Shown: in pieces, positions 38,347-51,010 of the stretch | Layout of the letters: every line of letters starts with the position of its first letter | Numbering within the stretch: position 1 is the first letter of the stretch | NCBI GenBank assembly: GCA_964427405.1 | Contig: CAYRUB010000003.1 | Span: forward strand, 946 to 64,945 | DNA length: 64,000 bases | Direction: 5' to 3' | DNA from: an uncultured Planctomycetales bacterium | GTDB taxonomy: Bacteria > Omnitrophota > Gorgyraeia > Gygaellales > Profunditerraquicolaceae | Notes under the pieces: model-generated | Databases searched by the model: none | Seen by the model: only the letters and a program-made list of their open reading frames with translations | What the model was told of the DNA's origin: nothing | Position numbers and translations under genes: made by a program

Positions 38347-40443
38347 TTAAAAAGTTTTTCTTGCACCCGTATTCGCTGATCCTGAAATAACTTTATCCGC
38401 TACATGCGCAGGAACCTCGCTGTAAAAGGAAGGTTCCATTGTATACGATGCGCGGCCCTGTGTCAAGGATCTTGTTATAGTTGCGTAATTAAAAACTTCA
38501 GATAGTGGAACGTTCGCTCGGATAGTACGTAAATTTAATCTCTGCCCGAGGGCAATAATTTTTGCGCGACGACTGCTTAAATCGCCAATAATCTGGCCCA
38601 TAAATTCTTCAGGCACAATTACCTCAATATCCATAATCGGTTCCAATAAAACCGGATGCGCTTTTCTCATTCCATCCTGGAAAGCGATAGAGCCTGCCAT
38701 TTTAAATGCCAACTCCGAGGAATCAACTTCATGGAACGAACCATCGACCAAAACAACATTTACGTCGGTAACCGGATAACCGGCTAAAACTCCGTTTTTA
38801 GCCGCACCCATTACGCCCTGTTTTACCGCCGGGATAAATTCGCGCGGGATAGAACCACTTTTAATCTTATCTTCAAAAGTAATACCTGTGCCGGGAATTT
38901 CCTGCGGGCTCATTTCTATAACGCAATGCCCATACTGGCCACGGCCGCCGGATTGCGAAATAAATTTACCGACACTGGAAACACTTTTTCTGATTGTCTC
39001 CCTGTAAGCTACCTGCGGAGCGCCTACTGTAGCCTCCACGTTAAACTCACGTAAAATTCTATCAATAATAATTTCCAGATGCAACTGGCCCATCCCGGCA
39101 ATAAGGGTCTGCCCGGTTTCCTGGTTATAGGTAACCCTAAACGATGGATCTTCATCTTCCAGTTTATGCATCGCCAAGCCCAATTTTTCCTGGGCATCCT
39201 TTGACTTAGGTTCAATCGCCTGCTGAATAACTGGTTCAGGAAAACGCATAGCCTCGATAAGAATGGGATTTTTTTCAGTACACAACGTATCTCCGGTCTT
39301 AGTATCTTTTAAACCTACGGCCGCAGCAATATCTCCCGTGGAAATACTATCAATCATCTCCTGGTGGTTAGCATGCATTTTAACAATCTTGGTGACGCGC
39401 TCTCTTTCTCTTTTAGAGGCATTATAAATATAGGTTCCGGCGGTAAGCGTGCCGGAATACATCCTTACAAAATAAATTTTACCGACAAAAGGATCTGTTG
39501 CTACCTTAAAGCATAAAGCAGTAAAAGGACTTTTATCATCTGCGGTAACCTCCTCAAACTCTCCTGTGTCCGGGTTGGTACCTTTAACCGGCGGCACATC
39601 GATCGGAGAAGGCAAATAATCCCTTACCGCGTCTAAAACCAGCTGCACGCCCTTATTTTTAAAAGCGGTTCCGCAAAGCACCGCCACAAATTTATTTGCA
39701 ATTACAGTCTTACGAATCGATACTTTTAATTGCTCATTAGTTACGCTCTTGCCCTGAAGATAATCTTCCATAATCGAATCATCTGCCTCAGCAAGCTTTT
39801 CCACCAGGATCATGCGGTACTTCTCAAAATCACCAAGCATATCCTCGGGCACATCTTTTATCTCTACGTCTTTTCCTAAATCATCTTTATATAAAACTAG
39901 CTTTTTCTCAACCAGATCTACAACCCCTTTAAAATCCGACTCCTTACCAAAAGGAAGCTGAATTGCCGCCACATTAGCACCTAACCTCTTACGCATCTGA
40001 TCAATAACTTCAAAAAAATCTGATCCTATGCGATCCATCTTATTTACAAATGCAATGCGCGGGACATTATAGCGGTCGGCCTGGCGCCATACAGTTTCTG
40101 ATTGCGGTTCAACTCCGCCAACACCGCAGAAAACAACCACTGCTCCATCTAGCACCTTTAACGACCGCTCAACCTCAATAGTAAAATCTACGTGGCCGGG
40201 TGTATCAATCAGATTAATAGTCACATCTTTCCAAGTACAAGTGGTAGCGGCAGCGGTAATCGTAATACCTCTCTCTTGTTCCTGAACCATCCAATCCATG
40301 GTCGCGGCGCCATCATGCACCTCGCCTATCTTGTAATTCTTACCCGTATAAAATAAGATGCGTTCGCTTGTCGTAGTTTTCCCGGCGTCGATATGGGCAA
40401 TTATGCCGATGTTCCTGATTTTTTCTAACGGTATTTTTCTCAT
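38347..40443 (-). CDS. fusA: Elongation factor G
   Basis: [26 protein letters not shown] and QSGGRGQYG motifs. Confidence 0.98.
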   Translation of the reverse strand: MRKIPLEKIRNIGIIAHIDAGKTTTSERILFYTGKNYKIGEVHDGAATMDWMVQEQERGITITAAATTCTWKDVTINLIDTPGHVDFTIEVERSLKVLDGAVVVFCGVGGVEPQSETVWRQADRYNVPRIAFVNKMDRIGSDFFEVIDQMRKRLGANVAAIQLPFGKESDFKGVVDLVEKKLVLYKDDLGKDVEIKDVPEDMLGDFEKYRMILVEKLAEADDSIMEDYLQGKSVTNEQLKVSIRKTVIANKFVAVLCGTAFKNKGVQLVLDAVRDYLPSPIDVPPVKGTNPDTGEFEEVTADDKSPFTALCFKVATDPFVGKIYFVRMYSGTLTAGTYIYNASKRERERVTKIVKMHANHQEMIDSISTGDIAAAVGLKDTKTGDTLCTEKNPILIEAMRFPEPVIQQAIEPKSKDAQEKLGLAMHKLEDEDPSFRVTYNQETGQTLIAGMGQLHLEIIIDRILREFNVEATVGAPQVAYRETIRKSVSSVGKFISQSGGRGQYGHCVIEMSPQEIPGTGITFEDKIKSGSIPREFIPAVKQGVMGAAKNGVLAGYPVTDVNVVLVDGSFHEVDSSELAFKMAGSIAFQDGMRKAHPVLLEPIMDIEVIVPEEFMGQIIGDLSSRRAKIIALGQRLNLRTIRANVPLSEVFNYATITRSLTQGRASYTMEPSFYSEVPAHVADKVISGSANTGARKTF

Positions 40444-40446
40444 ATT

Positions 40447-40917
40447 TTACCAGCGGAAATGCGCATAGGCCTTATTTGACTCAGCCATCTTATGCGTATC
40501 ATCCCTCTTCTTTATAGCTGAGCCTTCGCCTTTATAAGCGGCGATAATTTCATCGGCTAACTTTTCCTGCATAGGCTTGCCCTTTCTATTCTGGGCAAAA
40601 TCCCTGATCCAGCGTAAAGCGATAGAAGTACCGCGTTCCTGCCTAACTTCTATGGGCACCTGATAAGTAGCTCCTCCGACCCTGCGCGGTTTTACTTCTA
40701 GGCGCGGCCGGGCATTATCCAATGCCTTATAAAATACCTTCAGGATATCCTGTTCATTTAAATTCTTTTGGGCAATATCAAAAGCACTATAAACCAATTT
40801 TTCCGCGATGGATTTCTTACCCGCAAGCATAACCATATTGATAAACTTGGCAACTATCTTACTGTTAAATTTAGGATCTGCTAAAATATTTTTTTCCTGC
40901 GCTTTTCTTCTTCTCAT
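40447..40917 (-). CDS. rpsG: 30S ribosomal protein S7
   Basis: RRVGGATYQVP and HKMAESNKAYAHFRW motifs. Confidence 0.98.
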   Translation of the reverse strand: MRRRKAQEKNILADPKFNSKIVAKFINMVMLAGKKSIAEKLVYSAFDIAQKNLNEQDILKVFYKALDNARPRLEVKPRRVGGATYQVPIEVRQERGTSIALRWIRDFAQNRKGKPMQEKLADEIIAAYKGEGSAIKKRDDTHKMAESNKAYAHFRW

Positions 40918-41294
40918 TATTTATCCTTTGGTTTCTTTGCCCCATATTTTGAACGTGATCTTCTACGCGCGTTTACCCCTGAAGCATCCAATGTACCCCT
41001 GACAATATGATAACGCACACCAGGTAAATCTTTTACTCTACCGCCCCTGACTAAAACAATGGAATGCTCCTGAAGATTATGCCCTTCTCCCGGAATATAA
41101 GCAGTAACCTCGATGCCTGTGGTAAGCCTGACCCTGGCAATCTTTCTTAAAGCAGAGTTAGGTTTTTTAGGCGTCATAGTACGCACCTGAAGGCAAACCC
41201 CTCTTCTCTGAGGACAATTTTTTAAAGCCGGAGATTTGCTTCTCTTTTTCTTGGAGACTCTACCAAATCTTATTAACTGAGCAATTGTGGGCAT
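40917..41294 (-). CDS. rpsL: 30S ribosomal protein S12
   Basis: [10 protein letters not shown] and [10 protein letters not shown] motifs. Confidence 0.98.
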   Translation of the reverse strand: MPTIAQLIRFGRVSKKKRSKSPALKNCPQRRGVCLQVRTMTPKKPNSALRKIARVRLTTGIEVTAYIPGEGHNLQEHSIVLVRGGRVKDLPGVRYHIVRGTLDASGVNARRRSRSKYGAKKPKDK

Positions 41295-41297
41295 AGA

Positions 41298-44200
41298 TTA
41301 TTCCTTTTCCTCTTTCTTCTCTGCGCTCTTTTCAGCGCCTGTTTTTATTACCTCAATATCGCGGTGCGCCCTGAATCCGGTTCCTGCCGGAATCAAGTGG
41401 CCCACAATAACATTCTCCTTTAAGCCAAACAATTCATCCCGTTTTCCACTGGTTGCCGCTTCAGTTAAAACACGAGTGGTCTCCTGAAAACTGGCTGCGG
41501 AAATAAAACTTTCAGTGGTAAGCGAAGCCTTAGTTATACCCAAAAGTAGCGGGGTTGCCTGGGCGGGTTTGCCGCCTTTTTTAATCACCCGGGTATTTTC
41601 TTTCTGAAACACCCATTTATCTACCTGCTGGGTAGCTAAAAATTCCGTATCGCCCGGATCCTCAATCCTTACCTTTTTAAGCATCTGACGGATAATTACC
41701 TCTATATGCTTATCATTAATACGCACACCCTGCAGACGATATACCTCCTGCACTTCATTAACCAGATACTCCTGCAAAACTTTATCGCCGCAGACACTTA
41801 AAATATCCTGTAAAACCACCGGGCCATCGGTAAGCTGCTGACCGGCTGAAACTTTATCACCCTTATATACATTCGGATGCTTGCCATGAGGAATAATATA
41901 CTCGCGGGACATCCCGGTAACAGATTTAACAATAATTACGCGCTGGTTTTTCTTCGTCTCTCCAAATTCCACGAATCCGTCAATTTCACTGATAACCGCC
42001 GGATCCTTTGGCCGCCTGGCTTCAAAAAGCTCTGCAACGCGCGGAAGGCCTCCGGTAATATCACGGGTTTTAACTACTGTACGCGGAATCTTTGCCAAGA
42101 GATCTCCTCCACCTACCCGCTCGCCATCCTTAACAATAATATGCGCGCCGATAGGAATAGGATAAATACCTAAAACTTCTTTTTTATCGTCAGTTATAAC
42201 TACTTGCGGATGATACTCAGGCTTATGTTCAACTACTACGCGCTCAGTCAATTTTGTAACCGGATTAACCTCATCGTGCATAGTAACATTCTCGCGCAAA
42301 TCCTCAAAACGCACTATACCGGGAACTTCAGTAAGTACCGGCAAGGTATACGGATCCCAGCGCACAAAAACTACCGCCTTCTTAACCTCTTCTCCGTCAA
42401 GGATAGTAATATAAGCACCCTGAGGAACAGGATAGCGCTCAAGTTCACGACCCTGAACATCATTAATACTGATCGCGCCGTTCCTGTTCAAGGCAACATT
42501 TTCTTTATTCTTAAGCGTAACCCTTAAAGAATGATATTTAACAATACCATCATTTTTAGATTTAATAAATGACTGTTCAATAGTCCTGGAGGCTGTACCT
42601 CCAATGTGGAAGGTTCTCATTGTCAGCTGGGTACCAGGCTCACCAATACTCTGGGCAGCAACAACTCCGATAGCCTCACCCAACTCAATTAACCTGCCGG
42701 TAGACAGATTGCGGCCGTAGCATTTAGCGCAAACCCCCCTCCCGGACTCACAAGTTAAAACGCTGCGTATACGTATCTTCTCAATCCCTAATTTCTCTAT
42801 CTGGTCGGTATTTTCTTCGGTAATTTCATGCCCCTGTTCAACAATCACCTCATCGGTAATAATATCAACTACATTGTCCAAAGCTACTCTTCCAATAATG
42901 CGATCCTTAAGGCTGACTACTTCTTCATCGCCTTCAACAATCGCAGAAACTGTGATACCATTAAGCGTGCCACAGTCTTCTTCGCAAACAATTACCTCCT
43001 GAGCAACATCTACAAGCCTGCGGGTCAGGTATCCGGCATCAGCGGTTTTAAGTGCAGTATCCGCCAAGCCCTTACGTGCACCGTGAGTAGAAATAAAATA
43101 CTCTAAAACATTTAAGCCTTCGCGGAAATTTGCGGTAATCGGATTTTCGATAATTTCACCGCTGGGTTTAGCCATAAGCCCACGCATACCGGCAAGCTGT
43201 CTGACCTGCAAGCGCGAACCACGCGCGCCGCTATCCGCCATCATAAAGATAGGATTAAATGCATGCATCCCTTTAAATAGTAAATCCGAAATTTTATCCG
43301 TTGTGTGGGTCCAAATATCAATAACCTTTGATTTACGTTCGCTATCAGTAATTACACCTTTACGGTATTGATCCTCAACCCTGGCTACCTCTTCTTTGGA
43401 TTCCCTTAAAACCTCCGGCTTTTCCAACGGGACAGTCATATCATCTATACCAATAGAAATACCACCCAGGGTGCCCATTTCAAAACCTAAGCGTTTAATA
43501 TCATCTAACAATTTAATAGTTACGCTGTGACCAAACCTCTTATAGCAGCTGACTACTATATCGCTGACTCTGCCTTTATTCAACTCCCGGTTAACAAATC
43601 CAAATTCAGCAGGCAGTACCTGATTAAACATTACCCGGCCGACAGTAGTATTAAGTAGTTGTTTTCCATCAAGCACCTTTTTCTGGTCAAAATCATATAA
43701 AGCATATATGCGAAGTTTTATTTTAGCATGCAGCTCAACCGCTTTGTCATCATAAGCTATCAGGACTTCATCGGCGCTGGAAAACACCTTGCCCTCCCCT
43801 AACGCACCTGGTTTCTCCTTACTAAGATACGAAACACCCAAAATAATATCCTGAGTAGGAGAAATTACCGGACGGCCATCAGCTGGAGAAAATATATTAT
43901 TTATGGCCATAATAAGTACTTTAGTCTCTAATTGTGATTCTAAAGACAGCGGCACATGCACGGCCATCTGGTCCCCGTCAAAGTCAGCGTTAAAAGCAGT
44001 ACAGACTAGCGGATGTATCTTTATTGATTTACCTTCAATTAATAGCGGTTGAAATGCCTGAATACCTAAACGGTGCAAGGTTGGCGCACGGTTAAGCATA
44101 ACCGGATGGTCTTTAATTACTTCATCCAGAATATCCCAAACCTCAATCTTGCCGCGCTCAACCATCCTGCGCGCGCCTTTAATCGTATGTACAAAACCTT

Positions 44201-45332
44201 TTTCTCTTAATTTTTTAATAATAAACGGCTCAAACAACTCAAGAGCCATCTGTTTAGGAAGGCCACATTCATGAAGTTTTAACTCCGGGCCTACGACAAT
44301 CACCGAACGTCCGGAATAATCTACACGCTTACCCAAAAGATTCTGACGGAAACGTCCTTGCTTCCCCTTAAGCATATCGGAAAGAGATTTTAATGGACGA
44401 TTATTGGCGCCATTTACCGGCTTACCGTGACGGCCATTATCCAAAAGCGCATCCACTGCCTCCTGAAGCATGCGCTTTTCATTACGGATAATGATCTCAG
44501 GCGCACTCAACTCCATTAATTTTCTAAGACGGTTATTGCGATTAATAACCCTGCGGTATAAATCATTAAGGTCGCTTGTAGCAAACCTTCCGCCTTCAAG
44601 CGGGACTAACGGGCGTAAATCCGGAGGGATTACCGGCAGGATACTTAAAATCATCCATTCCGGCTTATTGCCGCTTTTCTTAAAATCTTCAACGATTTTT
44701 AAATTCTTGATTGCCTTGCGGTTACTTAAAACATCCTTGGACTTCTCTAAATCCTTTCTGAATTTACGGCAAACCACATCTAAATCTAATTCTTTTAAAA
44801 GTTCGACTATCGCTTCAGCGCCAATTTTGGCCTTGAAATTTGCCCCATACTTATCCAATGCTTCCTGATATTGCTCATCAGTAAGCAGTTCTTTTTTCTT
44901 TAAAGGAGAGGTTCCGGGATCAACAACAACATACTCCTCGTAATAAATAATTCTTTCTAAATCCCTTAAACCAATATCCAATAATGCACTCATGCGGCTG
45001 GGTACGGCTTTAAAGAACCAAATATGTGTAACTGGCGTAGCTAAATCAATATGCCCCATGCGTTCGCGCCTGACGCTTGAACGATCTACAGTTACCCCGC
45101 AACGATCACAGGTAATTCCTTTAAACTTTATACCTTTATATTTACCGCAGTTACACTCCCAATCGCGCACCGGGCCAAAGATCTTTTCGCAAAACAAACC
45201 GTCTTTTTCCGGCTTAAGCGTACGGTAATTAATAGTTTCGGCTTTTTTGACGTCACCCTTAGACCAGGATTTAATTATTTGCGGGCTGGCAATCTTAATT
45301 GAAATACTATCAAACGATACGATCTCTTCCAT
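41298..45332 (-). CDS. rpoC: RNA polymerase beta' subunit
   Basis: Zinc finger, catalytic [12 protein letters not shown], and SAASFQET motifs. Confidence 0.99.
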   Translation of the reverse strand: MEEIVSFDSISIKIASPQIIKSWSKGDVKKAETINYRTLKPEKDGLFCEKIFGPVRDWECNCGKYKGIKFKGITCDRCGVTVDRSSVRRERMGHIDLATPVTHIWFFKAVPSRMSALLDIGLRDLERIIYYEEYVVVDPGTSPLKKKELLTDEQYQEALDKYGANFKAKIGAEAIVELLKELDLDVVCRKFRKDLEKSKDVLSNRKAIKNLKIVEDFKKSGNKPEWMILSILPVIPPDLRPLVPLEGGRFATSDLNDLYRRVINRNNRLRKLMELSAPEIIIRNEKRMLQEAVDALLDNGRHGKPVNGANNRPLKSLSDMLKGKQGRFRQNLLGKRVDYSGRSVIVVGPELKLHECGLPKQMALELFEPFIIKKLREKGFVHTIKGARRMVERGKIEVWDILDEVIKDHPVMLNRAPTLHRLGIQAFQPLLIEGKSIKIHPLVCTAFNADFDGDQMAVHVPLSLESQLETKVLIMAINNIFSPADGRPVISPTQDIILGVSYLSKEKPGALGEGKVFSSADEVLIAYDDKAVELHAKIKLRIYALYDFDQKKVLDGKQLLNTTVGRVMFNQVLPAEFGFVNRELNKGRVSDIVVSCYKRFGHSVTIKLLDDIKRLGFEMGTLGGISIGIDDMTVPLEKPEVLRESKEEVARVEDQYRKGVITDSERKSKVIDIWTHTTDKISDLLFKGMHAFNPIFMMADSGARGSRLQVRQLAGMRGLMAKPSGEIIENPITANFREGLNVLEYFISTHGARKGLADTALKTADAGYLTRRLVDVAQEVIVCEEDCGTLNGITVSAIVEGDEEVVSLKDRIIGRVALDNVVDIITDEVIVEQGHEITEENTDQIEKLGIEKIRIRSVLTCESGRGVCAKCYGRNLSTGRLIELGEAIGVVAAQSIGEPGTQLTMRTFHIGGTASRTIEQSFIKSKNDGIVKYHSLRVTLKNKENVALNRNGAISINDVQGRELERYPVPQGAYITILDGEEVKKAVVFVRWDPYTLPVLTEVPGIVRFEDLRENVTMHDEVNPVTKLTERVVVEHKPEYHPQVVITDDKKEVLGIYPIPIGAHIIVKDGERVGGGDLLAKIPRTVVKTRDITGGLPRVAELFEARRPKDPAVISEIDGFVEFGETKKNQRVIIVKSVTGMSREYIIPHGKHPNVYKGDKVSAGQQLTDGPVVLQDILSVCGDKVLQEYLVNEVQEVYRLQGVRINDKHIEVIIRQMLKKVRIEDPGDTEFLATQQVDKWVFQKENTRVIKKGGKPAQATPLLLGITKASLTTESFISAASFQETTRVLTEAATSGKRDELFGLKENVIVGHLIPAGTGFRAHRDIEVIKTGAEKSAEKKEEKE

Positions 45333-48300
45333 TATTTAGCCTTTTCTGTCCTGATATCAAGGCATAAGCCTTGTAATTCTTTGATTAATACATTAAATGA
45401 CTCTGGAGTCCCGTGAGTTAGGCGCTGTTCACCCTTAACTATCGCTTCATAAATACGCGTTCTGCCGCTGACATCATCGCTCTTAACCGTAAGCATTTCC
45501 TGCAAAGTAAATGCTGCCCCGTATGCCTCCAACGCCCAAACTTCCATTTCACCTAATCTCTGGCCGCCGAATTGCGCTTTACCGCCTAAAGGCTGCTGAG
45601 TAACTAAGGAATATGGCCCTATAGAGCGGGCATGAATCTTTTCGTCAACCAAATGGATTAATTTCAAGATATACATATACCCAACGGTTACCTTCTGGTC
45701 AAAAGGCTCACCGCTATAACCGTCATAAAGCGTAACCTTTCCATCTTCAGGAAGACCTGCCTTCTTCAATAATTCCTTGATCTCGCTCTCTTTAGCGCTG
45801 TCAAATATCGGACAGCTTACATTTAACCCTAAGGCTTTCACTGCCCAGCCTAAATGGCATTCCAGTATCTGGCCTACGTTCATACGAGAAGGGACACCTA
45901 ACGGATTCAAAACCATATCCACCGGTGTGCCGTCGGGCATATAAGGCATATTTTCTTCAGGGATGATCCTGGCGACCACACCTTTATTACCATGGCGGCC
46001 GGCGAGCTTATCTCCTTCGGAAAGCTTACGTTTTGTAGCAATATAAACCACGACCCTCTTCAAGATACCCGTGGGTAATTCATCTCCACGGCGCACCTTC
46101 TCAATCTCCTGCTCTTCTTCAGCTAATAACTCCTGCACCTGCTCATCAAAAGAAGCAGCTAAGATTTTGGCTTCATCATTATCGCTAAAATCATACTTCT
46201 CAACCTTTTTCTTATCTATGCCTAAGACCTGGGCTAAACGCACAGTCTTTTCAATCTGCAAGAACTCAACCTCCTGTTTATAATAAGCCTTGAGTTCGCG
46301 GATTTTCGCTAATTCTTTTGTCTTTTCTTCTTTGGTCTTACGGCCGCGGTCTTTGCGCTGAAAAACATGTACATCTATAACCACACCCTCAACTCCCGGA
46401 GGAACAACCAAAGAGGTATCGCGCACATCCCCGGCCTTCTCTCCGAAAATCGCGCGTAACAATCTTTCTTCAGGGCTGGGCTCGGAATCAGTCTTAGGAG
46501 TAATTTTACCTACCAGGATATCCCCGGCGCTTACTTCTGCGCCAACGCGAATAATCCCATCTTCATCTAAGTTCCCTAAGGCCTCTTCACTTACGTTAGG
46601 AATATCGCGGGTGATTTCTTCATTACCAAGCCTTGTTTCAGCAGCCTCAATTTCAAATTCTTCAATATGGATAGAGGTAAAGGTATCACTTTTAATTAAT
46701 TTTTCACTGACTAGAATAGCATCTTCAAAGTTATAACCTCTCCAGGGCATAAAAGCCACCAGGATATTCTTTCCTAAAGCCAGCTCGCCGTCTTTAGTAG
46801 CAATCCCGTCGGCAATTGCCTGGCCCGGCTCTATCCTATCCCCCAATTTTACCAGCGGCCTTTGATTTATTGAAGTATCCGCATTGGTACGCAGAAATTT
46901 CTTTAAATGGTAAATCTTCTTACCCACCGTAATTGACAAAGAATCAACACTGGTTACCTTACCGGAATCCTGGGCAATAACCACTGTGCCGGAATCCTGG
47001 GCTACCTTTGCCTCCATATCAGTACCGACTAAAGGAGCCTCGGTAATCATCAAAGGAACAGCCTGGCGTTGCATATTTGAACCCATGAGCGCGCGGTTTG
47101 CATCATCATGCTCTAAGAAAGGAATTAATGCCGCGGCAACAGAAACCAACTGCTTAGCGGAAACATCCATATACTGCACATCTTTTGCCAAAACCTTCGG
47201 GAAATCTTCCCTATATCGGCAGGTAACAAACTTATCCGTGAATCTGCCTTCGCTGTCTAACGCAACATCAGCCTGGGCGATAATTTTATCTTCTTCAATA
47301 TCCGCGGTCAAGTATTCGAATTTCTTAGTTACGCGGCCATCTTCTACTTTACGATATGGGGTTTCAATCAAACCTAAAGCGTTAATACGTGCAAAACAAC
47401 TCAAAGAAGCGATTAAACCGATATTCGGGCCTTCGGGAGTTTCAATGGGGCAAACCCTTCCATAATGCGAAGGATGGATATCTCTTACTTCAAAACCTGC
47501 CCTTTCGCGTGACAGGCCTCCCGGACCTAAAGCGCTTAAACGGCGTTTATGAGTCATCTCTGCCAAAGGATTAATCTGATCCATAAATTGGGATAGCTGG
47601 CTGCGGCCGAAGAAATCACGAATCTGGTTGCTTAAAAGCTTGGAGTTAATCAAATAATGCACGTTTAAATTATCAAACTCGCCTAAAATACTCAATCTTT
47701 CCTTAATTGAACGCTCAACCCTGGAAAGTCCGATACGCACTTGATTTTGCACTAATTCGCCGACGCTTTTTACGCGGCGGTTTCCTAAATGGTCAATATC
47801 ATCAATTTTGCCTGTACCGGCATTTAACTTGATTAAATATTCGATTACCTTAATTACGGTATCAGAGTCAAGTATCCTTTTTTCTAAAGATACATTCATA
47901 TCTAATTTACGGTTCAGGATAAAGCGACCCGCACGCTCTAAGTCATATCTGGCAGGGTCAAAAAATAATCTATAGAACAGGCCTTCCGCCGCTTCTTTAG
48001 TAACCGGTTCAGTAGGCCGCATCTTGCGATAGAAATCAAGATATGCCTCTTCTTTATTTTTAGTATAATCTTTTTTTAAGGTATTGATAATCTCCGGATG
48101 TTCCTTGCCAAAAGCAGCAAAAATCTGGCTGTCTTCTGAAAAACCCAGGATTCTTAGAATTTGCGTTGCGGGAAAATTTCTGCGGCGGTCAACATAAGCT
48201 GTAATTGTCTCGGTAAGGTCATATTTAAATTCCAGCCATGCGCCGCGATAAGGGATAACGCGACCATAGAAAATCTTCTTACCTGTAGGATGCAGCTCCT

Positions 48301-48736
48301 CTTCAAAAGATACACCAGGAGAACGCTGCAACTGACTGACTACTACACGCTCGTCGCCATTTATAATAAATGTGCCAGTCTCAGTCATTAAGGGGATTTC
48401 GCCAAAATAAGCATCCTGCTCTTTTGTTTCTCTGGGAGTAGTCAGGCGAAACTTTACCTTTAACGGAGAAGCATAACTTAATGAACGATTCTTAGATTCA
48501 CTTATCGTATACTTAGGCTTTCCTAAAGAATAGCTGATAAAATCTAATTTTACCGAGCGGTCAGGGCTTTCAATGGGAAAGATCTCTCCAAAAACCTCCT
48601 GTAGCCCCTGATTCTTCTTTTGATCTGCCGGCACATCCATCTGCAGAAATTCACGATAAGTATCAAGCTGTACATCCAAAAGATTAGGCAAATCGTAAAC
48701 TTCTTTTATCTTAGCAAAGCTTTTACGTTTATTCAT
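45332..48736 (-). CDS. rpoB: RNA polymerase beta subunit (compact, 1134 aa)
   Basis: [31 protein letters not shown] and [12 protein letters not shown] motifs. Confidence 0.99.
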   Translation of the reverse strand: MNKRKSFAKIKEVYDLPNLLDVQLDTYREFLQMDVPADQKKNQGLQEVFGEIFPIESPDRSVKLDFISYSLGKPKYTISESKNRSLSYASPLKVKFRLTTPRETKEQDAYFGEIPLMTETGTFIINGDERVVVSQLQRSPGVSFEEELHPTGKKIFYGRVIPYRGAWLEFKYDLTETITAYVDRRRNFPATQILRILGFSEDSQIFAAFGKEHPEIINTLKKDYTKNKEEAYLDFYRKMRPTEPVTKEAAEGLFYRLFFDPARYDLERAGRFILNRKLDMNVSLEKRILDSDTVIKVIEYLIKLNAGTGKIDDIDHLGNRRVKSVGELVQNQVRIGLSRVERSIKERLSILGEFDNLNVHYLINSKLLSNQIRDFFGRSQLSQFMDQINPLAEMTHKRRLSALGPGGLSRERAGFEVRDIHPSHYGRVCPIETPEGPNIGLIASLSCFARINALGLIETPYRKVEDGRVTKKFEYLTADIEEDKIIAQADVALDSEGRFTDKFVTCRYREDFPKVLAKDVQYMDVSAKQLVSVAAALIPFLEHDDANRALMGSNMQRQAVPLMITEAPLVGTDMEAKVAQDSGTVVIAQDSGKVTSVDSLSITVGKKIYHLKKFLRTNADTSINQRPLVKLGDRIEPGQAIADGIATKDGELALGKNILVAFMPWRGYNFEDAILVSEKLIKSDTFTSIHIEEFEIEAAETRLGNEEITRDIPNVSEEALGNLDEDGIIRVGAEVSAGDILVGKITPKTDSEPSPEERLLRAIFGEKAGDVRDTSLVVPPGVEGVVIDVHVFQRKDRGRKTKEEKTKELAKIRELKAYYKQEVEFLQIEKTVRLAQVLGIDKKKVEKYDFSDNDEAKILAASFDEQVQELLAEEEQEIEKVRRGDELPTGILKRVVVYIATKRKLSEGDKLAGRHGNKGVVARIIPEENMPYMPDGTPVDMVLNPLGVPSRMNVGQILECHLGWAVKALGLNVSCPIFDSAKESEIKELLKKAGLPEDGKVTLYDGYSGEPFDQKVTVGYMYILKLIHLVDEKIHARSIGPYSLVTQQPLGGKAQFGGQRLGEMEVWALEAYGAAFTLQEMLTVKSDDVSGRTRIYEAIVKGEQRLTHGTPESFNVLIKELQGLCLDIRTEKAK

Positions 48737-48770
48737 AATCCCTTATGGCTAGACTCAGCCTAGTTTTAAT

Positions 48771-48820
48771 TACTTATGTTTACTTAAACTTACTTATACT
48801 TACCCTAAGTTACTTTAACT
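48771..48820. repeat. Degenerate 10-bp tandem repeat x5 in the rplL-rpoB spacer
   Basis: TACTTATGTT TACTTAAACT TACTTATACT TACCCTAAGT TACTTTAACT. Confidence 0.6.
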
Positions 48821-49193
48821 CTACGGTTGCGCCAGCTGCTTCTAGTTTCTTTTTCATCTCAGCAGCTTCATCTTTAGTAGCGCCTTCCTTTATTGACTTA
48901 GGAGCAGCGTCTACTAAATCCTTGGCTTCTTTTAAACCCAGGCTAGTAATGGTACGTACCTCTTTAATTACCGCAATTTTATTTGCACCGGCACTAGTCA
49001 ATACTACGCTAAATACGCTCTTTTCTTCAGCAGCGGCAGCGGGTGCTGCGGCGCCGGCAGCGGGTGCTGCGGCCATCGGCATATTCGCGCTTACGCCAAA
49101 TTTCTCTTCCAAAGCCTTAACTAAGTCGGAGAGCTCTAAAACGCTCATCGTTTCAATCGACTTGATTAATTCTTCCAATTTTTCAGTTGCCAT
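48810..49193 (-). CDS. rplL: 50S ribosomal protein L7/L12
   Basis: LEEKFGVSA, Ala-rich hinge, and [19 protein letters not shown] motifs. Confidence 0.98.
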   Translation of the reverse strand: MATEKLEELIKSIETMSVLELSDLVKALEEKFGVSANMPMAAAPAAGAAAPAAAAEEKSVFSVVLTSAGANKIAVIKEVRTITSLGLKEAKDLVDAAPKSIKEGATKDEAAEMKKKLEAAGATVELK

Positions 49194-49220
49194 TTCTTCC
49201 TCCCTTGTTAGCTTGTCTTT

Positions 49221-49257
49221 TCCTTGCTCTCTTTCGTTCGCAAGGATTTTTCTGGAT
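49221..49257. repeat. Hairpin repeat family B, copy 3 (inverted, partial)
   Basis: TCCTTGCtctctttcgttcGCAAGGAttt; reverse complement of the 18382-18408 hairpin with few changes. Confidence 0.65.
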
Positions 49258-49263
49258 CATTGA

Positions 49264-49788
49264 TTAATGTTTATTCTGTCTGATTTGATCTAAGCAGTAA
49301 ACAAATTTCTTTAAAGTTTGATTTAATACAACAACCACCTTGACAATCGGACCATTCAAAGCACAAACTACCTGAGCCCTGAGCACATCCTTAGATGGAA
49401 GTTTGCTCATGGTTTCTATATCTTTTGAAGTTAATAGTTTCTCCTGCAGCAGCCCACCTTCTAATATAAGTTTTTCATGATCTTTACGGAAGGCGCATAA
49501 AATCTTAGAAGTATCTACCGGTTCATCTTTGAAAAAAATCAATCCGCAAGGCGACTCAATAGACTTAATCAGGTCATTTAAACCTAATTCTTTCATTGCC
49601 CTTCTGGCTACGCTATTCTTAACTACAAAAAGGTCTGAACCGGTTGCCTTAAGCGTCTTTCTTAACCCGCTCATATCAGGGCTGGCTACTCCGGAGTATT
49701 TTACAATAATCAGCCCCTTGGATAATTTAAGGCTGTTCTTTATGCGATTCTCTGATGTTTCTTTTACTAATAATCCGATTTTTTTCAT
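49264..49788 (-). CDS. rplJ: 50S ribosomal protein L10
   Basis: VVKNSV and LPSKDVL motifs; position between rplA and rplL. Confidence 0.93.
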   Translation of the reverse strand: MKKIGLLVKETSENRIKNSLKLSKGLIIVKYSGVASPDMSGLRKTLKATGSDLFVVKNSVARRAMKELGLNDLIKSIESPCGLIFFKDEPVDTSKILCAFRKDHEKLILEGGLLQEKLLTSKDIETMSKLPSKDVLRAQVVCALNGPIVKVVVVLNQTLKKFVYCLDQIRQNKH

Positions 49789-49817
49789 ATTATAAACTCA
49801 CTTTACGCACTGCTTTT

Positions 49818-50498
49818 TTAGCAGGCCAAATGTAATCCCGGGTTCATAGAAGCAGCGATACTTAAGCCCTTCACAAATTTACCTTTTACAGAAGCGGGCC
49901 TGGACTCATTAACCGCCTCTATAACCTTAGAGGCATTATCATTTAGCTGCTCCTCGCTAAATGAAATTTTACCCACAGACAAATGCATCCCACCCTGTTT
50001 ATCGACGCGGAACTCAACCTTGCCCTTCCTTACATCTTCGATAGCTTTTGATATATCATTGGTAACTGTGCCGGTTTTAGGGGATGGCATCAAACCGCGC
50101 GGCCCCAGGACTTTACCCAATTTGCTTAAATCTTTCATCATCTCAGGAGTAGCTATAGCGCAATCAAAATCGAGAAATCCGGCGCCAACTTTATCAATTA
50201 ACTCCGTTCCTCCGACATAATCCGCTTTGGCTTCCCTGGCCTGTCTTTCATGTTCGCCCTTACAAAACACTGCCACACGTACCTTTTTTCCGGTTCCATG
50301 AGGAAGCACTACAGTTCCACGGACCATCTGGTCACTCTTTTTAGTATCTACGCTCAAATTAAAATGCAGGTCAACTGAGCCGTCAAACTTTGGTTTAGGC
50401 AGCTTCTTCAATAAAATGATTGCTTCCTTTAACTGATAAAGTTTGTCCTGCTCAACCTGCTTAACCGATTCCTTATATCTCTTGCTTTGAACTTTCAT
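49818..50498 (-). CDS. rplA: 50S ribosomal protein L1
   Basis: VRGTVVLPHGTGK and LGPRGLMPSPK motifs. Confidence 0.98.
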   Translation of the reverse strand: MKVQSKRYKESVKQVEQDKLYQLKEAIILLKKLPKPKFDGSVDLHFNLSVDTKKSDQMVRGTVVLPHGTGKKVRVAVFCKGEHERQAREAKADYVGGTELIDKVGAGFLDFDCAIATPEMMKDLSKLGKVLGPRGLMPSPKTGTVTNDISKAIEDVRKGKVEFRVDKQGGMHLSVGKISFSEEQLNDNASKVIEAVNESRPASVKGKFVKGLSIAASMNPGLHLAC

Positions 50499-50535
50499 TT
50501 TTTGCTTATCTCCCCAGCGACGCTTATCTTGTCGT

Positions 50536-50562
50536 GGGTCAGTCCCCTTCGGGGACAGACCC
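50536..50562. repeat. GC-rich REP-like inverted repeat in the rplK-rplA spacer
   Basis: GGGTC-a-GTCCCC-ttc-GGGGAC-a-GACCC. Confidence 0.6.
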
Positions 50563-50582
50563 TACTTGCAACGGTGGTCTAT

Positions 50583-51008
50583 CTATCCTTCAATCGCAAT
50601 ACCCATACTCCTGGCAGTGCCTTCAATAATTTTAATCGCCTGCTCCATGCTGGCGGTATTTAAATCCGAAAGTTTAAGCTTGGCGATCTCTTCAACCTGT
50701 TTCTTGGTTACCTTACCAATGATTTCCTTACCACTAGTACCGGACGCCTTAGCCAGGTTCGCAGCCCTTTTTAATAAAATTGATGATGGCGGGCTCTTTA
50801 TAATAAAGGTAAAGGTTCTATCCTCATAAACACTAATCACAACCGGCAGGATCAAACCATCTCTGCCCTTAGTCTGATCATTAAACTGTTTACAAAACTG
50901 CATGATATTCACGCCATGCTGGCCTAAAGCCGGGCCTACCGGAGGAGCAGGGTTTGCCTGCGCTGCCGGAACGTGTAACTTAATCTGAGCCTTAATTGCC
51001 TTTGCCAT
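50583..51008 (-). CDS. rplK: 50S ribosomal protein L11
   Basis: [15 protein letters not shown] and GTARSMG motifs. Confidence 0.98.
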   Translation of the reverse strand: MAKAIKAQIKLHVPAAQANPAPPVGPALGQHGVNIMQFCKQFNDQTKGRDGLILPVVISVYEDRTFTFIIKSPPSSILLKRAANLAKASGTSGKEIIGKVTKKQVEEIAKLKLSDLNTASMEQAIKIIEGTARSMGIAIEG

Positions 51009-51010
51009 AG

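Noticed and set aside
41298-48736. Inteins, introns or recoding in rpoB/rpoC and other core genes
   Set aside because: The ORFs are continuous and of normal or short length. TGA is used as a stop and tRNA-Trp has a CCA anticodon, so there is no sign of an alternative code.
49789-50582. Expected L10 leader before rplJ and L1-binding site before rplA
   Set aside because: The rplA-rplJ gap is only 29 nt, and I could not match the rplK-rplA spacer to the L1 site by eye; not called.
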